Origin: an uncultured Cyanobium sp.
Lineage (GTDB): Bacteria; Cyanobacteriota; Cyanobacteriia; PCC-6307; Cyanobiaceae
Direction of reading: 5' to 3'
Length of the DNA: 64,000 bases
NCBI GenBank assembly: GCA_964402615.1
Contig: CAYOCW010000001.1
Location: 5,100 to 69,099, forward strand
Within the stretch, counting starts at the first letter, position 1; the number at the start of each line of letters is the position of its first letter. Both the position numbers and the translations under genes were made by a program. Shown here piece after piece: positions 39,666 through 49,200 of the stretch. The notes under the pieces are model-generated. The model was not told the origin of the DNA. It saw nothing but the letters and a program-made list of their open reading frames with translations, and made no database searches.

Positions 39666-40699
39666 TTGATTGTAGTGAAGCCTATCGGCCTGTTGCCAAG
39701 TCTTCCCTTCCTCGGTCAAAAGAGCCTTGTCCAGACCACGCACGATTCCCAGGCCTGGGCTGAGACCGTTTGTGCCACAACCCCGGTACGAATCTGTGAA
39801 CCACTCCTGACGAATAGCCCCTTCCAGATTGACTCTGCTGTTGTAAATCTGGGTGATATTTTGATTGTATCGACGCTGGGTTTGCCGATTCAGCTTGTAA
39901 CGGAACGGAGCTGCATCACTCTGCCCAGCTGCTACTTCCCTACCAGGGTGTCGGCAGCTGGCGGGTTGAGCGAGATGTCTATGAGAATCTCACGGGCGAA
40001 TCGATTCTTTATTTGCCGCAGGCGCCCTTGATGCTCGAAAATGACGTGACATCTGGAGTGGCACTGAACTTTAATCCCACTCAGCTGATCCGTACGGCAA
40101 TGACAATGGCAGGCCCAACAGGGTTCACGCCTGGTCGGTTAATGGTGTTTGGACAGCCTCGTAAGTTGTTCCTCACGGACTTCATCTCTAGACCCTTAAT
40201 TCAAGGGCTCTACACGATGCTGCAGAGCATCGATCAGCTCAGCGCCTCCCTGCCGTTCTCAGAAACCATGCTGCGGCTGGATGACGTTCTCACCCGGATG
40301 GCTGTGCTTCTGCTTCTCCCCGAGCTGATTCAGAATCCATCCACGAATGCCACACCCGGAACAGCGTTGTCAGCCCGTCGCAGGCTTCAGCCTCTCCTCG
40401 ACTGGATCGATGCCAACCTGACTCGTGCATTGGCTCTCACGGACCTTGAGGCCCAGGCTCAGATGTCACGTCGTAATCTCCAATACACCTTCCGACGCGC
40501 CTATGCCTGTACCCCGATGCAGTGGCTGCGGCGGCGCAGGCTTGAATTGGCGATGCAGCAGCTGAAACAGTCGGAACCCAGCAAAACGATGACGACGATC
40601 AGCCGTGAGCTCGGTTTTATCAGCTTAGCCTCGTTCAGTCGAGAGTTTCGTCGCCAATTTGGGTGTTCACCCTCATCTGCTCGTCGCGGGATCAAGTGA
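39666..40699 (+). pseudogene. AraC-family transcriptional regulator, frameshifted
   Basis: C-terminal double HTH (WIDANL...MSRRNLQYTF...TPMQWLRRRRL...GFISLASFSREFRRQFGCSPS). Tandem AACGG at 39899-39908 shifts the frame; removing one copy fuses the two ORFs. Confidence 0.85.
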
Positions 40700-40722
40700 A
40701 ATGCCGGGGCTGTGCACTCCCC

Positions 40723-42360
40723 TCATCCATGGCCCAGCAGTCCGGCCCGCAACCGATCGCTCAGCTCCTCACCCGCGAGGGTCAGCAGCCCGTAAACCAG
40801 CATCAGCGCGAGCACCTGATCCCAGGCGAAGCTACTGAGGCTCTCTTGCAATTGGCTGCCCAGACCCGTCGCTCCCACCAGTCCGACCACCACCGTCTCC
40901 CGCAGCATCACATCAGCCCGATACGCCCCGTAGGCCAGATAGGAACGGGCCAAAGGCGAGAACCGCCCATAAAGCATCGCCAACCGTGGGCCGCTGCCAG
41001 CGGCCAGCAGTGCCGTCTGCCGATTGGCGTCGGTGTCTTCCAAGGCCTCCAGCAGCAGTCGCCCGAGGATGCCCAGGTTGTGGAGGCCCACCGCCAGAGC
41101 GCCGGTCAACACCCCCGGCCGCAGCACGAACAGCAGCACTAACGCCGTCAACGGCGGCGGCCAGAGGCGAGCCAGGGCCCAACTGAACCGCACCATCAGC
41201 AAGCCCCAGCGCCAGGGGGCCAGCAGCAGCAGTTGCAGCGGTGCCAGTCCCACCGCCAGCCCTGCCGCTGCCGTCGCCAGGAGCAGGGTGGAACCGATCA
41301 GGGCGCCCCAAGGCAGCTGCTGCACACCCCACCAGGACCAGCTGCCCGGCGGCAGCGACCGCAACCGCAGTAAATCAGTCGGGTTCAGATCAAGGTTCGC
41401 GCCAGCCAACAACGCCAGGGGCAGCAACAGACCACCCAGCACCACGAGCTCCCGCCCCACCCGTCCCACAGGCGCCTGGCTCAGCACCAACCGCCCCGGG
41501 GCCTGCCAGCGCCGCCGCAGGGCGCGCAGGCCGGTTTCGAGCAGCAGCATCACCGCCAGCAACAGCCACAGGCTGGTCCACAGCTCGCTGAAAGCCAGCG
41601 ACTGCAACGTCAGCCGCAGCTCATTGCCAAGTCCGCCCAGCCCGAACACCCCCAGCAGGGTCGCGCTGCGCAGCGCGCACTCGAAGCGATAACCGCCGTA
41701 GCTCACCAGCACCGGCAAGAGCTTCGGGCCCAGGGCGGTGAGCAAGGCCGTCGGCGCCGGTGCCCCCCCGGCCCGCAGCGCCTCCAGGTCGTTGGTGGGC
41801 AAGGCATCGAGCTGATCCGCCAACACCCGCGCCACCATGGCTCCAAAGGGCAGGCTGATCGCCAGCACCGCCACGCTCGGCTGCAACCCCAACAGCTGCA
41901 GCAGCAGCAGGCCCCAGAGCAGCTCGTGGATAGCCCGCGGCAGCCCCAGCAGCCGCCGGATCAGCTCAGCCGGCAGGGCATGGCCCAGCATGCTGCGCCA
42001 CACCAGCCGAGAGCTGGCAAGTCCCAGGGGCAAACCCAGCAGCAAGCTGCCGATCCAACCCAGCAGCGCCATCGCCAGGGTCACACCCAAACCTTGGCCG
42101 GCCGAACGCAGCACCAGCGGATCCAGGGAAGGGCGGAAGGCCGCGAGCAGGAACTGTCCGATCGCCTCGCCGCCGCCGCCATGAACCTGTCCCGGCAGCA
42201 GCAGCAGCATCGGGAGCAACACCAGGGCGGGCAGCAGCGGCCACAGCGGGGCCGCCAGTCCACGGCGGCCGGCGCGCTTCGCCAAGAGGCTGTCGCCGGA
42301 TCGAACGCCGGGTTGCGGAGCGGCTGGGGCTGATCGTCGCCGCGGCGGCGGGATGGTCAT
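40723..42360 (-). CDS. phnE: phosphonate-type ABC permease (duplicated PhnE domains)
   Basis: RAIHELLWGL, YRFECALRSATLLGVFGLGGLG; second domain YRADVMLRETVVVGLVGATGLG. Confidence 0.85.
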   Translation of the reverse strand: MTIPPPRRRSAPAAPQPGVRSGDSLLAKRAGRRGLAAPLWPLLPALVLLPMLLLLPGQVHGGGGEAIGQFLLAAFRPSLDPLVLRSAGQGLGVTLAMALLGWIGSLLLGLPLGLASSRLVWRSMLGHALPAELIRRLLGLPRAIHELLWGLLLLQLLGLQPSVAVLAISLPFGAMVARVLADQLDALPTNDLEALRAGGAPAPTALLTALGPKLLPVLVSYGGYRFECALRSATLLGVFGLGGLGNELRLTLQSLAFSELWTSLWLLLAVMLLLETGLRALRRRWQAPGRLVLSQAPVGRVGRELVVLGGLLLPLALLAGANLDLNPTDLLRLRSLPPGSWSWWGVQQLPWGALIGSTLLLATAAAGLAVGLAPLQLLLLAPWRWGLLMVRFSWALARLWPPPLTALVLLFVLRPGVLTGALAVGLHNLGILGRLLLEALEDTDANRQTALLAAGSGPRLAMLYGRFSPLARSYLAYGAYRADVMLRETVVVGLVGATGLGSQLQESLSSFAWDQVLALMLVYGLLTLAGEELSDRLRAGLLGHG

Positions 42361-43142
42361 GGCGAGGCGGCGGCGCTGGGGCCGTAGAGCGCTGCGAGGT
42401 CGGCGGCCCCAACGGCGGAGGCGGGTCGATCCCAGAGCAGCTGCCCCTGGCGTAACGCCAGCACCCGATCGAATCCAGACAGCAGGTCTGGACGATGCAA
42501 GCTGAGCAGCAACGCCTTGGGCGGTTGGCTGTGCTGGAGCAGCAGATCCAGCAAATCCTGCGCCAAGCGCGGATCCAGGCTGGCCAACGGCTCATCGGCC
42601 AGCAGCAGCGTCGGGTCCTGGCGCAGCAGGCGGGCGATCGCCACCCGCTGCCGCTGCCCTCCCGACAGGGCAGACACCGGCAGCGGCAGCAGCGAGGCAT
42701 CGAGATCCAACCGGCGCAGGCTGGCGGCGCAGGCCTCGGTCTCCAGCGGCAGCAGCAGGTTGAGAACCGCCCGCGGCCAACCCCAAAAGGCCAGCCTGGC
42801 GGCATTGAGGTTTTGCTGCACCGTCAGCTCTTCGATCAGGCGCAAGTCCTGCCAGAGGGTGCCGATGCGGCCCTGCTGGCGTCGCCTGAGCCGCCGCACG
42901 CGGCTGGGGGGTTCGCCCTGCCAGCGCAGCTGGCCCGCCGTCGGCGTCAGCATGCCGTTGGCGACGGCCAGCAGGGTGCTCTTGCCGGCGCCGCTGGGGC
43001 CCAGGAGGGCAACCCGCTCCCCCGGCATGATCCGCAGATCAATGGCCTGCAGCCGAGGCCGCCCGCGGCCAGCCACACTCACTCCGCTCAGCTCCAGAAC
43101 CGCGCTGTCGGCCTGGCTAGCCCCGGCCCGATGCCCGCTCAC
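42357..43142 (-). CDS. phnC: phosphonate-type ABC ATP-binding protein
   Basis: GPSGAGKST, LSGGQRQRVAIAR, LADEPLASLDP. Confidence 0.85.
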   Translation of the reverse strand: MSGHRAGASQADSAVLELSGVSVAGRGRPRLQAIDLRIMPGERVALLGPSGAGKSTLLAVANGMLTPTAGQLRWQGEPPSRVRRLRRRQQGRIGTLWQDLRLIEELTVQQNLNAARLAFWGWPRAVLNLLLPLETEACAASLRRLDLDASLLPLPVSALSGGQRQRVAIARLLRQDPTLLLADEPLASLDPRLAQDLLDLLLQHSQPPKALLLSLHRPDLLSGFDRVLALRQGQLLWDRPASAVGAADLAALYGPSAAASP

Positions 43143-44125
43143 CGGATCTTGCCAATCTGACGGCCCACCAGTTCGATCTGCTTGTAAGCCGCTGCATTGG
43201 CGGCGGTGAACTGCTGGGCACCAAACAGCGCGAGGATTTGCTTTTGCTGGGAGTTCGAGGGGCGCCAGCTGAGAATGGCTTGTTTGAGGCGATCGGTGAA
43301 ACCATTGCCGAAGCGACGGTCCAAATCGCCGGACGCGATCCAGTGATAGTCCTGATAACCGGGGCTCTTCCAGATCTGGATCAGCTTGCTACGGCTGGCC
43401 TTACCGTTACGGAGGCTGGCGCGCCAGACCTGTTCGTTCACCACGCCGGCCTCGTAGGTGCCGCTCTGCACCAAGGCGATGGTGGCATCATGGCTGCCGC
43501 TGAAACCTGGGGCACCACCGGCGAAATCGTTGAGTTTGACGCCAGCTTGCGCCAGGAAATACTGAGGCATCAGGCGCCCGGACGTGGAGTTTTCTGAACC
43601 AAATGTGAAGCGCCGACCCTTGAGATCTGATAAGCCTTTGATGGAGCTGATCGGCCGCAGACCGCTTTGGCGGTTGGCGATAAAGATACTGTGGAAGGCC
43701 ACATCAATATCGCGCTGGGCTAGCACCCGAGCACCGGGCTTTTGCAAACGGGCCTGCACACCGGTAAGACCACCGAACCAGACGAGATCGAGGTCACCGG
43801 TACGGAATGTGGTGACCGCCGCCGTATAATCCACCATCGGCACATATTTCACCTTCACCCCCAACTGGCGCGACAGTTCATCGGCCACCAGGGGATAAAG
43901 ACGGTTCAGCTTCTCCGGGCTCTGGTCGGGGATGGCGCTGATGCGCAGCACCCCGGGCTCTTGAGCTTGAGCCTCCAGGGCGATGGCGCCGAGGCGGTTA
44001 CGGTGAGAGCCAAGCGGGGCCAGCAGCGGGGGCAGCAGCGGGGGCAGCACGGCCAGAGCGAGGCCGGAGACGAGGGTCCGCAGCACGGCTCTGCGGCGGG
44101 ATCGGATCCAGAATCGATTGCCCAT
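43139..44125 (-). CDS. phnD: PhnD-family ABC substrate-binding protein; start uncertain
   Basis: ISAIPDQ, VWFGGLTGVQAR, FGSENSTSGRLMP, GSHDAT, YQDYHW. Confidence 0.85.
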   Translation of the reverse strand: MGNRFWIRSRRRAVLRTLVSGLALAVLPPLLPPLLAPLGSHRNRLGAIALEAQAQEPGVLRISAIPDQSPEKLNRLYPLVADELSRQLGVKVKYVPMVDYTAAVTTFRTGDLDLVWFGGLTGVQARLQKPGARVLAQRDIDVAFHSIFIANRQSGLRPISSIKGLSDLKGRRFTFGSENSTSGRLMPQYFLAQAGVKLNDFAGGAPGFSGSHDATIALVQSGTYEAGVVNEQVWRASLRNGKASRSKLIQIWKSPGYQDYHWIASGDLDRRFGNGFTDRLKQAILSWRPSNSQQKQILALFGAQQFTAANAAAYKQIELVGRQIGKIR

Positions 44126-44220
44126 GGTCCAGCGGTCATGCTTCACCATGATGGGGAATGACGGATCGGGCGACCCGATCCCCAGCTGCTCGCCAAGACC
44201 GTCTCGCACCGGGTTGACCC

Positions 44221-45477
44221 ATGCAGGGCCGAACAATCCTCTTCATCCATCAGAACTTCCCGGGTCAGTACCGCCATCTGGCACCGGCCCTGGTCGCCCG
44301 AGGCGATCGGGTGGAGGCCATCGGTGGCCCCACCTCCAGGGAACTGCCAGGGATCCCGTTGCATCGCTACGACCCGATGCCGGCTGGCGGTGTGCCGCCT
44401 TGTCATCCCTGGGCCGCCGATTTTCAGACCAAGGTGCTGCGGGGAGAGGCGGTGGCAAGGACACTGGAGGCGCTGCGCAACCAGGGGCTGCGGCCTGATC
44501 TGATCGTTGGCCATCCCGGCTGGGGCGAGCTGTTGCTGGTGAAAGACCTGTTCCCTGATGTCCCCGTGCTGCACCAGGTGGAATTCATCTACCAGGTGCA
44601 GGGTGGTGATAGCGATTTCGATCCCGAATTTGAAGACTCCACCTGGAGTCGATCGGGCCGGATTCGTCTGCGCCGTGCCACCCAACTTCTGGCTTTGCAG
44701 GATCTTGATTGGGGGATGGCTCCGACGCCCTGGCAGGCCAGCACGGTGCCCCAGGAGTACCGTCAGCGCCTGAGCGTGATTCACGAAGGAATCGATACTG
44801 TGGCGATCCGGCCCGACGGGCCCGCCGATATTCGTCTGCAGAAAGCTGGGGTGCACTTTCGGCCTGGCGATCCAGTGGTCACCTATGTGGCCAGGAATCT
44901 TGAGCCCTACCGCGGTTTCCATCAGTTCATGCGGTCTCTACCAGCGTTGCAGCGCCAATGTCCGGATGCCCATGTTCTGGTGGTTGGTGGCGAAGGAGTG
45001 AGCTACGGCCAAGCTCCAGCTGGAGGGGGGAGCTGGAAGGCGAGCCTCTTGGCTGAGCTGGGTGATCAGCTGGACCATTCACGGCTGCACTTCTGCGGGA
45101 TGGTGCCCCATCCCATCCTGCACACGCTCCTGCGGGTCAGTGCTTGCCACATCTATCTCACCTATCCATTCGTGCTCAGCTGGAGTCTGTTGGAGGCGAT
45201 GAGCTGCGGCGCGCTGGTCGTGGGCTCGGCCACCGCGCCGGTGCTTGATGTGATTCAGGACCGACAGAATGGGTTGTTGGTTGATTTTTTTGATCCCGAG
45301 GCCCTGGCAAGCACGATTGCCGAGGTTTTGCGGCATCAAGATGACCTAAAGCCACTCCGCCAAGCCGCCCGTCAAACGATACAAGAGAATTACGATTTAC
45401 AGACAGTTTGTTTACCGCGTCAGTTAGCACTTGTTGATCATTTGATCAACTCGAACCCAGGCATGCCAGGCACTTGA
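44221..45477 (+). CDS. glycosyltransferase family 4
   Basis: FIHQNFPGQY, GHPGWGE, ARNLEPYRGFH, YLTYPFVLSWSLLEAM. Confidence 0.9.
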   Translation: MQGRTILFIHQNFPGQYRHLAPALVARGDRVEAIGGPTSRELPGIPLHRYDPMPAGGVPPCHPWAADFQTKVLRGEAVARTLEALRNQGLRPDLIVGHPGWGELLLVKDLFPDVPVLHQVEFIYQVQGGDSDFDPEFEDSTWSRSGRIRLRRATQLLALQDLDWGMAPTPWQASTVPQEYRQRLSVIHEGIDTVAIRPDGPADIRLQKAGVHFRPGDPVVTYVARNLEPYRGFHQFMRSLPALQRQCPDAHVLVVGGEGVSYGQAPAGGGSWKASLLAELGDQLDHSRLHFCGMVPHPILHTLLRVSACHIYLTYPFVLSWSLLEAMSCGALVVGSATAPVLDVIQDRQNGLLVDFFDPEALASTIAEVLRHQDDLKPLRQAARQTIQENYDLQTVCLPRQLALVDHLINSNPGMPGT

Positions 45478-45489
45478 ACGCAACAATCA

Positions 45490-45771
45490 TCAGGATAGGG
45501 CTAGGCAAGCAAGCGGGCAGGCGATCAGAGCGGGGTGCCTGATCGTGCGCCAGCCCCCATCGGGCGTTCGCACCTCCAAGCCGATGTTGGAGGCAGCATC
45601 CGTCACGGGACCCAGGCTCTCCAACCATTCGCAGACATCACGAAAGGCTTCCTCGATCGAGTCGTAGAGACCATCGAGATAGGGATGAGGCTCCAGCAGG
45701 CCATCGATCAGCCGATAGACCCGGGGCTGAAGTGTGCGAGCGATCAGATCGTGGCCAGCGCGACTCGCCAT
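45490..45771 (-). CDS. small hypothetical protein (93 aa)
   Basis: YRLID..LEPHPYLDGLYDSIEEA...W...IGLEVRTPDGGWRTIRHP looks protein-like; ATG at 45771 chosen over the ORF-track extension. Confidence 0.55.
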   Translation of the reverse strand: MASRAGHDLIARTLQPRVYRLIDGLLEPHPYLDGLYDSIEEAFRDVCEWLESLGPVTDAASNIGLEVRTPDGGWRTIRHPALIACPLACLALS

Positions 45772-46424
45772 CTGCTCAAGGGGACTACGGATCCCCAGTC
45801 TCACCTTGGTGGCGGTTGATGAACAACTAACCCGTTGAAAACTTAGTGTGGCCTCGGCTCGATGGCTCCGCAGGCGAGGATCGCTGCTGGCGCGACCATC
45901 CTGGTGGCAGGGCCAACCGCAACGGGGAGGGTCCATCGTCTCCGGCCAGGGCATTTCAGGTTTGTCCGCCCCTTCAGCGAGGTCGATAGCGACGTCGATG
46001 CCGCTGCGCCCGGGCGGGGCTGCCAGCATCGAGGGCTTGCCAGGCACCTTTCGCCCCGCTTTCATCCCGGCAGGGTGAGATGGCGACGCCCATTTTCAAC
46101 GCAACGCGTTTAGACGCATTCAGGCTCAGACATTCCGGCCTTGTGCATTCCACGCCGAGCCCTGCCAATCGGACCGTGATTCATCCGTACGTCCCAGGGG
46201 AATTGAGGCCCGATGCGTTCAAGCTTCTCGCCCCGGCAAGGCCGGATCCAGGCCTGGCGAGCCTCGTGCAGAACGTCCGTGCTGGTCTGCTGCGGTCGGG
46301 ATCAGCCAGACGAGTTTGCCATGAGTCCCAGGTGACGAGACACTTCGATTGGCGGCCCCCTGGACGATGCCCACGATCATTGTCAATATGCCGGGACCTT
46401 CCGGATCCCGGAGTTGTCCAGCCC

Positions 46425-47756
46425 ATGACCCTTGCCGCCGTCCCCCCCCAAGCACTGCTCGAGCCACGGCTTGAGATTCGGGGCGGCAGCAAACTGGCAG
46501 GTCAAGTACGCGTCAGCGGCGCCAAAAACTCTGCCCTGGTTTTGATGGCTGCGAGCCTGCTTTGCCGTGAGACGTTGCGACTTCGCAACGTGCCGCCCCT
46601 GACCGATATCGCCGCCATGGGGGAAATTCTTGCCTCCCTCGGAGTTGGCGTCAAGCGTCAGGGCGATATTGTCGACCTCGATGGCGAGCACATTATCCGG
46701 GCGGCGCCCCCCTACGAGCTGGTCAACACGCTGCGGGCGAGCTTTTTTTGCATTGGTCCGCTGCTCGCGCGCGCGGGCATCGCCCAGGTTCCTCTCCCCG
46801 GCGGTTGTCAGATCGGCAGTCGTCCCGTCGTTGAGCACGTCAAAGGCTTGAAGTCGCTCGGTGCGCAGGTGACCATCGAACATGGCGTCGTGACCGCCGT
46901 GGTCCCTGGGCATCGCAAGCGGCTTCTGGGCGGGCACATCCATCTCGACTGCCCCAGTGTGGGCGCCACCGAAACCCTGATGATGGCCGCCGCGCTTGCC
47001 AGCGGCGAGACAGTCATCCACAACGCGGCCCAAGAGCCTGAGGTCGTCGATCTCGCCAATCTGTTGGTCGCCATGGGCGCCCGCATCCGTGGAGCGGGTT
47101 CACCCACCATTTTGATCGATGGTGTCGAGGCCTTGCATGCCGCTGACTATGCGGTCATTCCCGACCGGATCGAAGCCGGCACTTTTCTGCTGGCAGCCGC
47201 CATCACCCGCTCGCGTCTGCATGTGGCCCCTGTGCTGCCGGAACATCTCGGCGCCGTGCTGACCAAGCTGGAGGAGGCGGGTTGCCGCCTCTGGGCTGAG
47301 GACGGCGGTCTGAGCATCGAGGCCGATTCAATCCGGGCGCTCGATCTCCGCACCCAACCCTTCCCCGGCTTCCCCACCGATCTGCAAGCGCCATTCATGA
47401 GCTTGCTGGCGACGGCCCAGGGCACCTCCGTGGTGGTGGAGAACATTTTCGAGAATCGGATGCAGCATGTGGCGGAACTGCAGCGCATGGGGGCCGCCAT
47501 TCGCCTGCAAGGCAACACCGCCTGCATCGAGGGCGTGCCGAGGCTCAGCGGCGCCCCCGTGCGCGGCACCGATCTGCGTGCCAGCGCCGCAATGGTGTTG
47601 GCGGGCCTGGCGGCCGAGGGGGTGACCACCGTTCGGGGCCTGGAGTACCTTGATCGTGGCTACGCCAACCTCGAAGCGAAGCTCAACGCCGTTGGCGCTT
47701 CGATCGTGAGGTTGCGGGATGCCGACCCGCTCACGGCCCCCGTGAGCCTGCGCTGA
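46425..47756 (+). CDS. murA: UDP-N-acetylglucosamine 1-carboxyvinyltransferase
   Basis: SGAKNSAL, LRASF, LPGGCQIGSRP, PDRIEAGT, FPTDLQA, TDLRA. Confidence 0.97.
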   Translation: MTLAAVPPQALLEPRLEIRGGSKLAGQVRVSGAKNSALVLMAASLLCRETLRLRNVPPLTDIAAMGEILASLGVGVKRQGDIVDLDGEHIIRAAPPYELVNTLRASFFCIGPLLARAGIAQVPLPGGCQIGSRPVVEHVKGLKSLGAQVTIEHGVVTAVVPGHRKRLLGGHIHLDCPSVGATETLMMAAALASGETVIHNAAQEPEVVDLANLLVAMGARIRGAGSPTILIDGVEALHAADYAVIPDRIEAGTFLLAAAITRSRLHVAPVLPEHLGAVLTKLEEAGCRLWAEDGGLSIEADSIRALDLRTQPFPGFPTDLQAPFMSLLATAQGTSVVVENIFENRMQHVAELQRMGAAIRLQGNTACIEGVPRLSGAPVRGTDLRASAAMVLAGLAAEGVTTVRGLEYLDRGYANLEAKLNAVGASIVRLRDADPLTAPVSLR

Positions 47757-47810
47757 GGAGATCTCCCCCTCAGTACCACCCCGGCGGCCAGCGTCTATTG
47801 TTGGCCCTGC

Positions 47811-47892
47811 GGGAGCGTGCCGGAATTGGTAGACGGACTCGACTCAAAATCGAGCGCCTTCGGGCATGTGGGTTCGAGTCCCACCGCTCCCA
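47811..47892 (+). tRNA. tRNA-Leu (CAA)
   Basis: GGGAGCG/CGCTCCC acceptor stem, anticodon arm CTCGA-CTCAAAA-TCGAG, long variable arm, GTTCGAGT. Confidence 0.95.
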
Positions 47893-47908
47893 TCCCTTTC
47901 TGATTGCG

Positions 47909-49177
47909 ATGCCAGGCCCCGCCGCGCTCGCCAAGCCACCCGGTTCCACCGCCGCCGCTGACCCATCCGCGGTGATGGAAACCTACGCCCGCTTTCCGCT
48001 GGAGCTGGTTCGGGGCCGCGGCGTCTGGGTATGGGACCGGCAGGGTCGCCGCTACCTCGACGCCGTGGCAGGCATCGCCGTCTGCACCCTCGGACACAGC
48101 GACCCGGCCCTGCGGCGCTCCCTGTGTCGGCAGCTGGGGCGGCTGCAGCATGTCTCCAACCTGTATCGAATTCCGGAGCAAGAGGAGCTGGCGGCAGCCA
48201 TCTGCGAACGCAGTTGCGCCGATCGGGTGTTTTTCTGCAATTCCGGCGCGGAGGCCAATGAAGCGGCTATCAAACTGGCCCGCAAACACGGCCATCGCAA
48301 TCGGGGAATTGCTGATCCTCTGATCCTCAGCGCTCAAGCCAGCTTTCACGGACGCACACTCGCTGCGGTCACCGCCACCGGTCAACCGAAGTACCACGCG
48401 GGCTTTGAGCCAATGGTATCGGGTTTTCGCTACTTCCCCTACAATGATACCGCAGCATTTGAAGCCCTTCTGGAAGAGTGCGAACGCCAAGGACCGCGGG
48501 TCGCCGCTGTGCTGCTCGAGCCGATCCAGGGTGAGGGTGGTGTTCATCCCGGCGACCCCCACTTTTTCCGTCGCGTGCGGGAGCTGTGTGATGCCCGCGG
48601 GATCCTGCTGATCTTCGATGAGGTGCAAATTGGTGTTGGCCGCAGTGGCCATTGGTGGGGCTATGAACAGCTCGGCGTCGAACCCGATGCCTTCACCCTC
48701 GCCAAAGGTTTGGGGGGTGGGGTGCCGATCGGGGCCCTGGCCGTCAAGGCGGCCGCCGATCACTTCCGCCCCGGGGACCACGCCAGCACGTTCGGCGGCA
48801 ATCCCCTCGCCTGTCGCGCCGGCCTGACCGTGATCGCGGAACTGGAGCGACACCAGTTGCTCGACCACGTGCGCCGGGTTGGCGCCCTGCTCGATCAGGA
48901 GCTGATCGCCCTCGTCGGCCGCCACCCCGCGCTGCTGGAGGGGGTGCGCGGTTGGGGGCTGCTCAAGGGGTTGGTGCTGCGCGAGGGAGCGCCCACCGCC
49001 GCGGAATGGGTGAAGGCGGCCATGGCGGAAGGATTGCTCCTGGTCCCGGCAGGCCCCTCGGTACTGCGCTTTGTGCCTCCGCTGGTGATCCAACCCCGCC
49101 ACGTGCATACGGCGATGCGTTGCCTGGAGCGGGCTGTGGCGCGTCTCTCCAGCTCGGCGGCCCCCCCGCTTTGCTGA
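47909..49177 (+). CDS. argD: acetylornithine aminotransferase
   Basis: YLDAVAGIA, FCNSGAEANE, FHGRT, EPIQGEGG, FDEVQ, LAKGLGGG, HASTFGGNPL. Confidence 0.93.
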   Translation: MPGPAALAKPPGSTAAADPSAVMETYARFPLELVRGRGVWVWDRQGRRYLDAVAGIAVCTLGHSDPALRRSLCRQLGRLQHVSNLYRIPEQEELAAAICERSCADRVFFCNSGAEANEAAIKLARKHGHRNRGIADPLILSAQASFHGRTLAAVTATGQPKYHAGFEPMVSGFRYFPYNDTAAFEALLEECERQGPRVAAVLLEPIQGEGGVHPGDPHFFRRVRELCDARGILLIFDEVQIGVGRSGHWWGYEQLGVEPDAFTLAKGLGGGVPIGALAVKAAADHFRPGDHASTFGGNPLACRAGLTVIAELERHQLLDHVRRVGALLDQELIALVGRHPALLEGVRGWGLLKGLVLREGAPTAAEWVKAAMAEGLLLVPAGPSVLRFVPPLVIQPRHVHTAMRCLERAVARLSSSAAPPLC

Positions 49178-49200
49178 GCACGCCTCCCCTGCCAGCTCCG

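Noticed and set aside
46080-46424. Long N-terminal extensions of murA (also apcD, folC, argD, TerB-like) in the ORF track
   Set aside because: Artefacts of longest-ORF calling; family similarity starts at downstream start codons, and the argD extension overlaps tRNA-Leu.
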